This document shows, one piece after another, positions 34,665 to 44,996 of a stretch of DNA of 64,000 bases. Origin of the DNA: Clostridia bacterium. GTDB taxonomy: Bacteria > Bacillota > TC1 > JBAXCZ01. The DNA lies in contig JBAXCZ010000004.1 in NCBI GenBank assembly GCA_037141195.1, positions 37,043-101,042 on the forward strand. The letters are read 5' to 3'. The position numbers were made by a program, and so were the translations under genes. Each line of letters opens with the position of its first letter. The first letter of the stretch is position 1. The notes beneath the pieces were generated by a model, which saw only the letters and a program-made list of their open reading frames with translations, was not told where the DNA came from and did no database searches.

Positions 34665-35786
34665 ATGAAAAAGATGTTAGCGATTATTTTATTAGTAGCA
34701 ATGGTATTCTCAATGGTAGCATGTAGTGGCGGAAGCACTACGCCGGCAACTACAGATACTACTACTACACCAGCAGCAACTGATAATACAGCAGAATTAG
34801 CAATGATTACAGATATCGGAACAATTGACGATAAATCTTTCAATCAAGGCACTTGGGAAGGCTTGAAAAAATATGCTGAGGAAAACAAAATTACTCATAA
34901 ATATTATAAGCCTACTGAGAAAACCACAGATGCTTATCTTTCAGCAATTGACCTTGCGGTAAAAGGCGGAGCAAAGGTTATTGTTACACCTGGTTTCCTT
35001 TTTGAGGAGCCTATCTTTATTGCACAAGACACCTATCCAGATGTAAAATTCATCCTTATTGATGGTAATCCACATAATGCCGACTACAGTGTATATAAAA
35101 CTGGTAATAATGCAGTAGGAATACTTTTTGCTGAAGAGCAAGCAGGCTTCCTTGCTGGATATGCTGCAGTAAAAGATGGCAATACTAAGTTAGGTTTCTT
35201 AGGTGGCATGGCAGTTCCTGCAGTTGTTCGTTTTGGTTATGGTTTTGTACAAGGTGCAGAATTAGCAGCTAAAGAAATGAACATAGCACAAATAGATTTG
35301 AAATACCATTACACTGGTGGCTTCGATGCAACTCCAGAAGCGCAAGCATTAGCAGCTTCTTGGTATCAAGGCGGGACAGAAGTAATCTTTGGTTGTGGCG
35401 GAGCTGTAGGAAATTCAGTAATGGCTGCTGCTGAACAAGCAAAAGCAAAAGTTATTGGTGTTGACGTTGATCAATCAGCCGAAAGCCCAACAGTAATTAC
35501 TTCAGCAATGAAGGGTTTAGGAGAAGCTGTATACACATTACTTGGAGATTTTTATGCAGATAAATTCCCAGGTGGACAGAATCTTGTTTTTGATGCTTCA
35601 AATAAGGGCGTTGGACTTCCAATGGCAACTTCTAAGTTTACAAAATTCACACAAGCAGATTATGATAAAATCTTTATTCAGTTAGTTAATGACACCAATA
35701 AAATTTCTTCAGGTATGATGAAGGATGTCGAAAAATTAGTAACAGATATTCCAGTAAAAATCGTAAAAGTAACAGAAGTTAAATAA
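34665..35786 (+). CDS. BMP-family (PnrA/Med-like) nucleoside-binding lipoprotein of an ABC importer
   Basis: Lipobox SMVAC followed by a Thr/Pro-rich linker. DKSFNQG and the BMP fold are present. Confidence 0.85.
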   Translation: MKKMLAIILLVAMVFSMVACSGGSTTPATTDTTTTPAATDNTAELAMITDIGTIDDKSFNQGTWEGLKKYAEENKITHKYYKPTEKTTDAYLSAIDLAVKGGAKVIVTPGFLFEEPIFIAQDTYPDVKFILIDGNPHNADYSVYKTGNNAVGILFAEEQAGFLAGYAAVKDGNTKLGFLGGMAVPAVVRFGYGFVQGAELAAKEMNIAQIDLKYHYTGGFDATPEAQALAASWYQGGTEVIFGCGGAVGNSVMAAAEQAKAKVIGVDVDQSAESPTVITSAMKGLGEAVYTLLGDFYADKFPGGQNLVFDASNKGVGLPMATSKFTKFTQADYDKIFIQLVNDTNKISSGMMKDVEKLVTDIPVKIVKVTEVK

Positions 35787-35801
35787 TTCGGCATAAATTG
35801 G

Positions 35802-35846
35802 GGGCTGTTGCAAAGTGTAAACAATCCTTTGCAGCAGTCCTTTTTA
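35802..35846 (+). terminator. intra-operon hairpin/partial terminator after the binding-protein gene
   Basis: A 14-bp stem GGGCTGTTGCAAAG / CTTTGCAGCAGTCC with two G-T pairs, followed by T5. Confidence 0.6.
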
Positions 35847-35911
35847 TGTATCAATAAACAGTACATTTTATTGTCGTTTGCTGTGAAGTATCAAATGGAA
35901 GGAGCTAAAAT

Positions 35912-37447
35912 ATGGAAAGTGTGGAATATATTATAGAAATGCTAGGAATCACCAAGGAATTTCCTGGTATTATAGCAAATGATAATATTACAGTTCAATT
36001 AAAAAAAGGTGAAATTCATGCTTTGCTTGGAGAAAACGGTGCAGGTAAATCCACACTAATGAGCGTACTCTTTGGGATGTATCAGCCAGAGCAAGGTGAA
36101 ATTCACAAAAATGGTAAACTAGTTAAAATTAATAATCCTGCTGATGCCAATCGTCTTGGAATCGGTATGGTACACCAACATTTTAAGCTAGTGCATAATT
36201 TTACGGTATTAGAAAATATTATTTTAGGTGTGGAAACAACAAAAGGTGGATTTCTTCAACTTGATGGAGCGCGAGAAAGAGTTGTAAAGCTTTCAGAGCA
36301 ATATGGACTCAAAGTGGAGCCAGATGCACTAATCTCTGATATCACAGTTGGGATGCAGCAAAGAGTTGAAATTTTAAAAATGCTTTACCGGGACAACGAA
36401 ATCTTAATTTTTGATGAACCAACCGCAGTTTTAACTCCTCAAGAAATCAAAGAATTGATGAAAATTATGAAAAATCTTGCTGCAGAAGGCAAATCATTAT
36501 TATTCATAACCCATAAACTAGAAGAAATAAAAGAGGTAGCCGATCGCTGTACAGTCTTAAGGAAAGGTAAATACATTGGCACAATAGATGTGGATGCAAC
36601 TTCTAAGGAAGAAATGTCAGAAATGATGGTTGGACGCAAAGTAAACCTAGCAGTGGACAAAAAAGAGAAGGAGCCGGGGGAAATTATCCTGCAAGTTGAG
36701 CATTTGTCAGTGAAAAACAGGGTGAATTCCAAAAATGCCGTACACGAAGTATCTTTTAAGGTGCGCTCAGGTGAAATTGTTTGTATTGCAGGTATTGATG
36801 GCAATGGACAGTCAGAGCTAGTCTATGGTCTGACGGGACTCATCCCCATCGCAGAGGGAACGGTAAGTCTGAAGGGCAAGGACATTAGTACATTATCAGT
36901 TAGGGAACATAGTATGGCAGGGTTAGGACATATTCCGGAGGACAGACACAAATTTGGTTTAGTACTTGACTATAATTTAGCCTATAACTTAGTGCTGCAA
37001 AGCTATTTTAAGCCACAGTTTTGCCAGGGTGGTTTTCTGAAATATGAGGCAATTTACCAGTATGCAGATAAACTCATAGCAGCTTTTGATATTCGTAGTG
37101 GACAAGGAGCTAAAACGTTAGCGCGCAGCATGTCTGGAGGAAATCAACAAAAAGCCATCGTTGCAAGAGAAATTGATCGCAACCCTGAGCTTTTAATTGC
37201 CGTACAGCCAACAAGAGGGCTAGATGTGGGCGCAATAGAATATATTCACAAAAAACTTGTAGAAGAAAGAGATGCTGGTAAGGGCATTCTTTTGGTTTCT
37301 TTGGAGTTAGATGAAGTGATGAATCTTAGCGATAGGATTTTGGTAATCTACGAAGGTGAAATAGTCGCCGACTTAAATCCAAAAACAGCAACTATTCAGG
37401 AGTTAGGGCTATACATGGCTGGTGCAAAAAGGGAGGAAGGAAGATGA
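35912..37447 (+). CDS. ABC transporter ATP-binding protein with duplicated ATPase domains (nucleoside/sugar type)
   Basis: Walker A GENGAGKST and a degenerate second NBD with SGGNQQK. The ORF is 511 aa. Confidence 0.9.
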   Translation: MESVEYIIEMLGITKEFPGIIANDNITVQLKKGEIHALLGENGAGKSTLMSVLFGMYQPEQGEIHKNGKLVKINNPADANRLGIGMVHQHFKLVHNFTVLENIILGVETTKGGFLQLDGARERVVKLSEQYGLKVEPDALISDITVGMQQRVEILKMLYRDNEILIFDEPTAVLTPQEIKELMKIMKNLAAEGKSLLFITHKLEEIKEVADRCTVLRKGKYIGTIDVDATSKEEMSEMMVGRKVNLAVDKKEKEPGEIILQVEHLSVKNRVNSKNAVHEVSFKVRSGEIVCIAGIDGNGQSELVYGLTGLIPIAEGTVSLKGKDISTLSVREHSMAGLGHIPEDRHKFGLVLDYNLAYNLVLQSYFKPQFCQGGFLKYEAIYQYADKLIAAFDIRSGQGAKTLARSMSGGNQQKAIVAREIDRNPELLIAVQPTRGLDVGAIEYIHKKLVEERDAGKGILLVSLELDEVMNLSDRILVIYEGEIVADLNPKTATIQELGLYMAGAKREEGR

Positions 37448-38598
37448 AGACAAGGCTGAAAGATTTAATGCCAAGAGCTGGCATTTCTAGCTTGCTCTCT
37501 TCGCTTATGGCCATAGCCGTGGGACTTCTAGTAGGATTTATCATCCTTTTAGTAAGTAACCCAGCACAAGCAGTGGATGGATTTAAGGCTATTCTTGTGG
37601 GAGGGTTTGTAGATAAAAAGAACTTGGGACAGGTGCTTTATTTTGCTACGCCGATAATTCTCACTGGCTTATCAGTAGGGTTTGCCAATAAAACCGGACT
37701 TTTTAATATCGGTGCCTCTGGACAGTTTATCGCTGGTGCCTATGCAGCTGTATTTGTAGGGGTTAAATTCGTCTTTTTACCACCTAGCATTCATTGGGTA
37801 GTAGCACTCTTAGCAGCACTCTTAGCAGGTGCTATTTGGGGGTTACTTCCAGGTTTATTAAAAGCATATTATAATGTAAATGAAGTTATTTCCTGTATCA
37901 TGATGAATTATATTGGTATGTATATGGTTAATTTTCTTGTGGTACGCACAATTTTTGACTCCTTAAAAAATCAAAGTAAAAGGATAGCAGTGAGTGCAAT
38001 TATTCCCAAACTGGGAATGGAAAAATTCTTTAAGACTGGAGCAAGTTCATCTAGTGCAAATGCAGGAATTTTAATTGCTATAATTGCAGGCATTATAATC
38101 TATATAATACTTGAGAAAACAAAATTTGGCTTTGAGTTAAAAGCATGTGGATATAACCGCGATGCTAGCCGTTATGCAGGTATAAATGAAAGAAAGAGTA
38201 TTATTTCATCTATGATGATTGCTGGAGCTCTAGCTGGACTAGGTGGAGCACTCTTATACCTAGCAGGATCGGGGAAAGGCATTGAGGTTGTTGATGTATT
38301 AGCGATAGAAGGTTTTAATGGGATTGCAGTTGCCCTACTCGGACTAAACAATCCATTAGGTATTATCCTAGCGGGCTTATTCGTTGCACATCTAAATGTT
38401 GGTGGTTTTAATATGCAACTATATAATTTTGTACCTCAGGTAATTGAAATAATTATAGCAGTAATTATTTATTTCAGTGCGTTCGCCTTACTTTTAAAGG
38501 GCTTAATTAGTATACTATGGAAAAAGTCCGATGAGGAAAATGCCAATGCAGAATTAGTTAAAGAGGATAAAGCAGACAAAGGAGGATTGCAATCATGA
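37444..38598 (+). CDS. ABC transporter permease (BMP-type system)
   Basis: Polytopic membrane protein whose start overlaps the upstream stop by 4 nt. Confidence 0.85.
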   Translation: MKTRLKDLMPRAGISSLLSSLMAIAVGLLVGFIILLVSNPAQAVDGFKAILVGGFVDKKNLGQVLYFATPIILTGLSVGFANKTGLFNIGASGQFIAGAYAAVFVGVKFVFLPPSIHWVVALLAALLAGAIWGLLPGLLKAYYNVNEVISCIMMNYIGMYMVNFLVVRTIFDSLKNQSKRIAVSAIIPKLGMEKFFKTGASSSSANAGILIAIIAGIIIYIILEKTKFGFELKACGYNRDASRYAGINERKSIISSMMIAGALAGLGGALLYLAGSGKGIEVVDVLAIEGFNGIAVALLGLNNPLGIILAGLFVAHLNVGGFNMQLYNFVPQVIEIIIAVIIYFSAFALLLKGLISILWKKSDEENANAELVKEDKADKGGLQS

Positions 38599-39548
38599 GT
38601 ACCTTTTATTTTTTAGTGCAACAAACCATGTATTTTTCGATTCCTTTGTTGATTGTAGCTTTAGGAGCAATGTTTTCTGAGCGAAGTGGAGTTGTGAATA
38701 TTGCCTTAGAAGGGATTATGGTTATTGGTGCTTTTAGCAGTATCTTAGTTATAAGTTATTTCCAAGCAATCTTACCAGGTCAGTCTATCCTTTTAATTGG
38801 AATTATTATAGCAGCAGTTTCTGGTTTGGTATTATCACTTGCTCATGCTTATGCGTCAATTAATATGAAAGCCGACCAGATTATAAGCGGTACAGCTATA
38901 AACATGTTTGCACCAGCATTTGCTATCTATGTAGCTCGAATGATCCGCACAGTTCAGCAAATACCCTTTGTCAATCAATTTAGGATTGAAAAGGTTCCAG
39001 TGCTAGGAGACATACCAGTTCTAGGACCAATGTTTTTTAGAAACACATATATCACGACATATTTAGGATTTATTGTACTCATAGTTGCTTGGATAGTGCT
39101 TTACAAAACAAGATTTGGTTTGCGATTACGCTCTTGCGGGGAACATCCTCAGGCAGCAGATTCTGTGGGTATTAATGTAAAAAAGATGCGTTACATAGGT
39201 GTAATGATTTCTGGGGCATTAGCAGGTGTAGGAGGATTGGTGTTTGTTGTTCCAACCTCAACAAATTTTAATGCAACCGTAGCAGGATATGGTTTCTTAG
39301 CCTTAGCTGTTTTAATTTTTGGTCAGTGGAAGCCGTCAAGAATACTTTTCGCCGCATTTTTCTTTGGTCTCATGAAAACTATTGCTTCAGCTTATTCGGG
39401 TATTCCATTACTTGTGGACTTGAAAATACCTAGTGAAATTTTTAAGATGACACCTTACCTAGCAACAATAGTTGTGTTAGCCTTCTCCTCAAGAAATTCG
39501 CAAGCGCCTAAAGCAGTTGGAATTCCTTATGATAAAGGAGGAAGATAA
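38595..39548 (+). CDS. ABC transporter permease (BMP-type system)
   Basis: Polytopic membrane protein whose start overlaps the upstream stop by 4 nt. Confidence 0.85.
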   Translation: MSTFYFLVQQTMYFSIPLLIVALGAMFSERSGVVNIALEGIMVIGAFSSILVISYFQAILPGQSILLIGIIIAAVSGLVLSLAHAYASINMKADQIISGTAINMFAPAFAIYVARMIRTVQQIPFVNQFRIEKVPVLGDIPVLGPMFFRNTYITTYLGFIVLIVAWIVLYKTRFGLRLRSCGEHPQAADSVGINVKKMRYIGVMISGALAGVGGLVFVVPTSTNFNATVAGYGFLALAVLIFGQWKPSRILFAAFFFGLMKTIASAYSGIPLLVDLKIPSEIFKMTPYLATIVVLAFSSRNSQAPKAVGIPYDKGGR

Positions 39549-39962
39549 ATGATGGACTACAAAGCTTTGATTCAGGCTGCCTTTTCTGCCAGATTAAATG
39601 CTTACGCACCTTATTCCAGTTTTCAGGTAGGTGCTGCACTTTTAGGTAAAAATGGCAAAGTATATCTTGGTTGCAATGTGGAAAATGCAGCCTTTGCACC
39701 AACTAATTGTGCTGAACGCACAGCTGTTTTTTCTGCGGTTTGTGACGGTGAACAGGAATTTATTGCAATAGCTATTGTGGGAGGCAAAGAGCAGACTAAA
39801 AATTTTGCTGATTGTTTTCCATGTGGTGTCTGTCGACAAGTATTACAGGAATTTTGTCACCCTGATTTTTCTATAATAGTGGCAAAAAGTGATGATGACT
39901 ATCAGATTTATAGTTTAGCTGAGCTTTTACCTCACGGCTTTGGCAAGACTGATTTACATTAA
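39549..39962 (+). CDS. cdd: cytidine deaminase
   Basis: CAERTA and PCGVCRQ zinc-binding motifs. The ORF is 137 aa. Confidence 0.92.
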   Translation: MMDYKALIQAAFSARLNAYAPYSSFQVGAALLGKNGKVYLGCNVENAAFAPTNCAERTAVFSAVCDGEQEFIAIAIVGGKEQTKNFADCFPCGVCRQVLQEFCHPDFSIIVAKSDDDYQIYSLAELLPHGFGKTDLH

Positions 39963-39979
39963 GGAAGGAGAACCTGGCA

Positions 39980-41302
39980 ATGCGTATGTATGATGTGATT
40001 ATGAAAAAGCGCAACGGCGAAATCCTCACAGATGAGGAGATTGCTTACTTTATTCAAGGCTATACCAAAAATGAAATTCCAGATTATCAAATATCGGCTC
40101 TGATGATGGCTATCTATTTTCAAGGTATGAATGAGCATGAAACTGCAGTACTTACTCAAGAAATGGCTAGTTCTGGAGATATGGTGGATCTTTCGCCTAT
40201 TCCAGGTATCAAGGTGGATAAGCATAGTACTGGCGGTGTTGGAGATAAGACTAGCCTAGTCATTGGACCTATTGTAGCGGCTTGTGGCGTACCAGTTGCC
40301 AAGATGAGCGGTAGGGGACTAGGGCATACAGGAGGAACTTTAGATAAACTAGAATCAATCCCAGGACTATCGGTAACAGTAGAGCGGGAACGTTTTTTTG
40401 AAATTGTACGAGATGTTGGACTAGCTATCATTGGTCAAAATGGCAATATAGCCCCAGCGGATAAAAAACTCTATGCCCTTAGAGATGTGACAGCAACAGT
40501 AGATAATATTTCTTTAATTGCCGGTTCAGTCATGAGCAAAAAGCTAGCCGCAGGATCAAATGCAATTGTGCTCGATGTGAAAACAGGTAGTGGAGCTTTT
40601 ATGAAAACCCTTGAAGAATCTATTGCCTTGGCTCAAGCTATGGTAAAAATTGGCGAACACAATGGTAGACATATGGTGGCATTAATCACAGACATGGACT
40701 TGCCTTTAGGGTATGCCATTGGCAATTCACTTGAAGTAATTGAGGCAGTACATACATTGCAAGGCACAGGTCCAGAGGATTTAACTAGAGTATGTATAGA
40801 GCTATCTGCCAATATGTTGTTCTTAGCAAAAAAAGGCGAGCTTGCTTTTTGCCGCAAAATGGCAGAAGAGGCAGTTGCCAGTGGTAGAGCCTTTGCTAAG
40901 TTCAAGGAAATGGTAACTGCACAAGGCGGTGACACTTCAGTGCTAGATGATACCAATAATTTTCCCAAGGCTCCCATAATTGTTGATGTAATAGCAGAAA
41001 AGAGTGGCTGGATAACTCATATGCAAACTGAAGAATGTGGATTAGCCTCTGTCATACTGGGAGCTGGTCGTGCAAATAAGGATGATCAGGTGGATGCAAG
41101 TGCAGGGATACTACTACTTAAAAAAACAGGTGACCAAGTAAAAAGCGGAGAAATTCTAGCTAAGCTCTTCACATCCAACCAAGCAAAAGTAGCAGAAGCT
41201 AGCGAAAAATTAATTCGTGCTATGGAAATTGGTGAAAAAGCACCTGCAGCAGAAAAATTGATATATGCACGAGTAACTATGGAAAAGGTTGAAAGATATT
41301 AG
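39980..41302 (+). CDS. pdp: pyrimidine-nucleoside (thymidine) phosphorylase
   Basis: VDKHSTGGVGDKTS and SGRGLGHTGGTLDKLE signature motifs. Confidence 0.93.
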   Translation: MRMYDVIMKKRNGEILTDEEIAYFIQGYTKNEIPDYQISALMMAIYFQGMNEHETAVLTQEMASSGDMVDLSPIPGIKVDKHSTGGVGDKTSLVIGPIVAACGVPVAKMSGRGLGHTGGTLDKLESIPGLSVTVERERFFEIVRDVGLAIIGQNGNIAPADKKLYALRDVTATVDNISLIAGSVMSKKLAAGSNAIVLDVKTGSGAFMKTLEESIALAQAMVKIGEHNGRHMVALITDMDLPLGYAIGNSLEVIEAVHTLQGTGPEDLTRVCIELSANMLFLAKKGELAFCRKMAEEAVASGRAFAKFKEMVTAQGGDTSVLDDTNNFPKAPIIVDVIAEKSGWITHMQTEECGLASVILGAGRANKDDQVDASAGILLLKKTGDQVKSGEILAKLFTSNQAKVAEASEKLIRAMEIGEKAPAAEKLIYARVTMEKVERY

Positions 41303-41314
41303 TAGTAATGCAGA

Positions 41315-41366
41315 TAAAAAAACCAGCTGCACAAATCAATGATTGATTTGTGCAGCTGGTTTTTTT
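41315..41366. terminator. bidirectional terminator shared by pdp and tRNA-Pro
   Basis: A6, then the 20-bp perfect palindrome AACCAGCTGCACAAATCAAT / ATTGATTTGTGCAGCTGGTT, then T6. Confidence 0.85.
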
Positions 41367-41442
41367 GGTCGGGACGACTAGATTCGAACTAGCGGCCTCT
41401 ACCACCCCAAGGTAGCGCTCTACCAAGCTGAGCCACGCCCCG
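41366..41442 (-). tRNA. tRNA-Pro (anticodon GGG)
   Basis: The reverse complement folds as a cloverleaf. The acceptor stem is CGGGGCG/CGTCCCG, the anticodon loop is TTGGGGT, the T-loop is GTTCGAATC, and CCA is encoded. Confidence 0.9.
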
Positions 41443-41558
41443 ACAGTTACAAGAAAAATTATAGGGAATATTAGCTGGAAATGCAAGCTAAATTTTACCA
41501 TGGATTCTAGCTGAGAACTAGGATGACTGCAAATAAACAAAAAAATATAAAATGCTTC

Positions 41559-41587
41559 TTGCTTTTAGAGTCAGCAGGTTGTATAAT
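41559..41587 (+). promoter_or_regulatory. promoter of the tRNA-His/tRNA-Lys unit
   Basis: TTGCTT, a 17-nt spacer, then TATAAT. Confidence 0.55.
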
Positions 41588-41619
41588 TAACAATGTTGTT
41601 GTAGGAGATAATTGTATAT

Positions 41620-41696
41620 GGTGGATGTAGCTCAATCGGTAGAGCATCAGATTGTGGTTCTGAGGGTCGTGGGTTCAATCCCCATCATTCACCCCA
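41620..41696 (+). tRNA. tRNA-His (anticodon GTG)
   Basis: The extra G at position -1, the anticodon loop TTGTGGT and the T-loop GGTTCAATCC are present, and CCA is encoded. Confidence 0.9.
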
Positions 41697-41733
41697 CTTT
41701 TTATCTTGCAAGTAACTAAATATGTTGGAGCAA

Positions 41734-41809
41734 GAGCCATTAGCTCAGTTGGTAGAGCACCTGACTTTTAATCAGGGAGTCCCGCGTTCGAGTCGCGGAT
41801 GGCTCACCA
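41734..41809 (+). tRNA. tRNA-Lys (anticodon TTT)
   Basis: GAGCCATTAGCTCAGTTGGTAGAGC, the anticodon loop CTTTTAA and the T-loop GTTCGAGTC are present, and CCA is encoded. Confidence 0.92.
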
Positions 41810-41811
41810 GT

Positions 41812-41839
41812 AACCTACAGTTAACTGTAGGTTTTTTTT
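41812..41839 (+). terminator. intrinsic terminator after tRNA-Lys
   Basis: AACCTACAG-ttaa-CTGTAGGTT followed by T7. Confidence 0.85.
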
Positions 41840-41885
41840 GTAGCACGGAATATTTTCTTTATTTTTGTGTAAAGGAGCATGGATA

Positions 41886-43277
41886 ATGAGTCTTTTTAAC
41901 AAAAAACGCATATCTATTGAGACTTTCAAGATGACATCAGATATTGTAGATAAGCTACGCAAAGGGTGGTATTCAGATGAATACTTCAATCAAACGGTAC
42001 AAGTGCTTAATCTCATGGCAAAAGATGGGTACCAGTTTGGTAGTAATCCTAATGATTTAGATGGGATAGTTGATGTTAGTCAAGTGGAAATCGGCAATCT
42101 AGAAGTGGAGATGCAGTTTTTTACGAGAAGAAAACCTTTTTCTGTAGTTGCAGGAATTGATGAAGCCATTGCAATTTTACAAGAGTGCACCGGATATTAT
42201 GAGATGGATAATAGTTTTGTCAATACATATGATAAATTGGAAGTATTGGCAGTAGAAGATGGCGAAATGGTGCATTATCACGGAAATGCGAAAAGTGTAC
42301 AACCAGTACTCAAGGTGAGAGGTCGTTATCGCGACTTTGGTCATTTGGAAACAGCCCTATTAGGGGTGATGGCGGTACAAACTCGTATTGCAACAAATGT
42401 CTATAATGTGTTAGTAGCGGCGAAGAGCAAGCAGGTGCTTTATTTCCCAGCCCGTTTTGACCATTATAAAATGCAGGGCATTAGTGGTTATGCATACTGG
42501 ATTGCCGTAAATCGTTATGACTACGATTATGATACAGCTTCTAAGACTTCCATTTCTACCTGGGAGCAAGGAGACTGGTGGGGCGGCAAGGCCGGAGGTA
42601 CTATTTCTCATTCATCTATTGCTTGCTTTTTGGGCAACACAGCAGAAACAATGCTGCAATATGCCAAATATATAGATGTAGAAAAACCAAGGATCGCTTT
42701 AGTGGATTTTCACAATGACTGTGTGAAAGATATTAAAGCAGTAATCGAAGCTATGTGGGAAAAATATTGGCTTTATAGTTGTGCCGGCGATTACAAAACA
42801 GCATCACGCTACAAGCTCTTTGCTGTGAGACCAGATACTAGTAAAAACATGATAGATGCTAGTATAGAACCTATCTATAGCGTGAAAAATGACAGCGGTG
42901 TAACACCGCGCCTAGTGTATAATATTAGAGAGTGCCTAGATACACATTGGCTTGTTTTGGTAGAAAAATATGGCACTGGATTAAATGAAGGATCATTGCA
43001 AGCGTTAGAAAACGCAGCAAGAGCTTATTGTCAGGAAATTAAGATTGTTGTAACAGGTGGGTTTAATGCAGATCGCATTCGTGCCTTTGAAGAAGTAGGC
43101 GTGCCGGTGGATATTTATGGCGTAGGCTCAAGCTTACTGGAAAATTCCTCGGCGAATAACACCAATAATGATTTTACTGCTGACATTGTCAAAGTCAAAA
43201 TCGGAGCTAGCTACTATGAATTAGCTAAGGTTGGCAGAAAGAGCTGTGAAAACGACCATTTGCAGAAGGTTCAATAA
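41886..43277 (+). CDS. nicotinate/quinolinate phosphoribosyltransferase-family protein (NAPRTase-like)
   Basis: Size of about 463 aa, with the N-terminal YSDEYF..T and central GGTISHS patterns reminiscent of NAPRTase. The ATG at 41886 lies 8 nt after an AAAGGAG RBS. Confidence 0.5.
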   Translation: MSLFNKKRISIETFKMTSDIVDKLRKGWYSDEYFNQTVQVLNLMAKDGYQFGSNPNDLDGIVDVSQVEIGNLEVEMQFFTRRKPFSVVAGIDEAIAILQECTGYYEMDNSFVNTYDKLEVLAVEDGEMVHYHGNAKSVQPVLKVRGRYRDFGHLETALLGVMAVQTRIATNVYNVLVAAKSKQVLYFPARFDHYKMQGISGYAYWIAVNRYDYDYDTASKTSISTWEQGDWWGGKAGGTISHSSIACFLGNTAETMLQYAKYIDVEKPRIALVDFHNDCVKDIKAVIEAMWEKYWLYSCAGDYKTASRYKLFAVRPDTSKNMIDASIEPIYSVKNDSGVTPRLVYNIRECLDTHWLVLVEKYGTGLNEGSLQALENAARAYCQEIKIVVTGGFNADRIRAFEEVGVPVDIYGVGSSLLENSSANNTNNDFTADIVKVKIGASYYELAKVGRKSCENDHLQKVQ

Positions 43278-43295
43278 GAGAGAATAGAGGATTTT

Positions 43296-44951
43296 ATGGA
43301 AAATTTATTATTTAAGGATTTACAGGTTTCAAAAGAAGTATTAAAGGGTATTGAACAGATGGGATTTGAGGAATTAACACCAATCCAAAGCCAAGCTATA
43401 CCACCAATGTTAGAGGGCTTAGATTTGATAGCTCAAGCACCAACGGGCACAGGTAAAACATGTGCGTTTGGTATCCCACTAATTGAAAAAATTGATGTGC
43501 ATAATGAGATGATTCAAATTCTCATACTCTGCCCAACAAGAGAATTAGTAATTCAAACAGCAGAAGAATTAAAAAATGTAGCTGCTTTCAAAAAAGGCAT
43601 CCGCAGCGTACCAATTTATGGTGGACAACAAATAGATCGTCAAATTATGGGACTGAAAAAGCGTCCGCAAATAATAATCGCCACGCCAGGTCGTTTAATG
43701 GATCATATGCGTCGCAAAACAATTAAGTTAGAGCATTTAACCATGGTGGTCCTAGATGAAGCTGATGAAATGCTCAACATGGGCTTCCGTGAAGATATAG
43801 ACTTGATTTTAGCAACTGCACCCAAAGATCGTCAGACGGTATTATTTTCAGCTACAATTTCCAAAGAAATCATGGAAATTGCCCGCATGTATCAAAAAGA
43901 CGCACAAGTAGTAAGAGTTACACATAAGGAACTGACAGTTCCAACAATTGAACAGTTTTACTTAGAGGTTCGTAGCAAGAATAAGTTGGACGTGCTTACC
44001 CGTTTAGTTGATATGAACAGATTTAAATTATCTTTAGTTTTTTGCAACACTAAGCGCATGGTTGATGAGCTTACAGCAAATCTTGGTGCCCGTGGATATT
44101 CCGCAGAAGGCTTGCATGGAGATATGAAACAAAGTCAGCGGGATAGAGTAATGGAGCGTTTTCGTAAAGGGATCGTAGAGATATTAATAGCTACAGATGT
44201 TGCTGCTCGTGGTCTAGATGTAGATGATGTAGATGCAGTATTCAACTATGATATTCCAAATGATGAAGAGTATTATGTACATCGTATCGGTCGTACTGGC
44301 CGCGCAAAAAGAAAAGGTATTTCCTATACATTTGCTTCAGGCAAAGAAATGATGAAACTGAAAGATATTATGCGTTACACAAAAGCAAAAATCAATTTTA
44401 TGCCAGTTCCAGCAGTTTCAGATGTAGAAGAAGTGAAGATTTCATCTATTGCACAGGAAATCATTAAAGTTGCCAAAACTACTAAGATTACACAATATGT
44501 CAATCATATTGAGAGTATGATTAACAATGATGATAGCAACGATTTAACCACCTTAGAAATTGCCGCTGCACTGCTCTTTATGCAAATCGGACCAATTGAC
44601 AAGATAGAAGAAATTCCTAGAGGTCAAGCAGCAGATGAGCCAACCCGTCGTCGTGAAGAAAGAGGAACTGGTAAAAGTACAGGAGCTCGAAAAATCAATA
44701 GAGATAAAAACATGACACGTATGTTTCTGAACATAGGTACCTTTGATAAGATTAAGTCAAATCAAATAATCGAAATGATTGCTAATAATACCAGTGTAAA
44801 ACCAAATCAAATTGGCTTTGTTGAGGTTTATGATAAGTTTTCATTTTTAGAATTACCAAAGGACAAATGTGATGAGGTAATGCAAGATATTTCAGGTTTA
44901 GAATTCCGTGGTAGAACAGTTAGCATGGAAAAAGCTAATAAAAAGAAATAA
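43296..44951 (+). CDS. DEAD-box ATP-dependent RNA helicase with a DbpA-like C-terminal RNA-binding domain
   Basis: AQAPTGTGKT, DEAD, SAT and HRIGRTGRA motifs. Confidence 0.93.
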   Translation: MENLLFKDLQVSKEVLKGIEQMGFEELTPIQSQAIPPMLEGLDLIAQAPTGTGKTCAFGIPLIEKIDVHNEMIQILILCPTRELVIQTAEELKNVAAFKKGIRSVPIYGGQQIDRQIMGLKKRPQIIIATPGRLMDHMRRKTIKLEHLTMVVLDEADEMLNMGFREDIDLILATAPKDRQTVLFSATISKEIMEIARMYQKDAQVVRVTHKELTVPTIEQFYLEVRSKNKLDVLTRLVDMNRFKLSLVFCNTKRMVDELTANLGARGYSAEGLHGDMKQSQRDRVMERFRKGIVEILIATDVAARGLDVDDVDAVFNYDIPNDEEYYVHRIGRTGRAKRKGISYTFASGKEMMKLKDIMRYTKAKINFMPVPAVSDVEEVKISSIAQEIIKVAKTTKITQYVNHIESMINNDDSNDLTTLEIAAALLFMQIGPIDKIEEIPRGQAADEPTRRREERGTGKSTGARKINRDKNMTRMFLNIGTFDKIKSNQIIEMIANNTSVKPNQIGFVEVYDKFSFLELPKDKCDEVMQDISGLEFRGRTVSMEKANKKK

Positions 44952-44960
44952 TAAAATGCT

Positions 44961-44987
44961 AATGCGCCCAAATAGGGCGCATTTTTT
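44961..44987. terminator. intrinsic terminator between convergent helicase and tyrA genes
   Basis: AATGCGCCC-aaata-GGGCGCATT followed by T6. Confidence 0.8.
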
Positions 44988-44996
44988 ATGTTTAAT

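Noticed and set aside
41366-41809. The tRNA-Pro/His/Lys cluster considered as an integration hotspot with an adjacent island.
   Set aside because: The neighbouring genes (pdp, a NAPRTase-like gene, a DEAD-box helicase) are housekeeping. No partial tRNA duplication (att site) or integrase is nearby.
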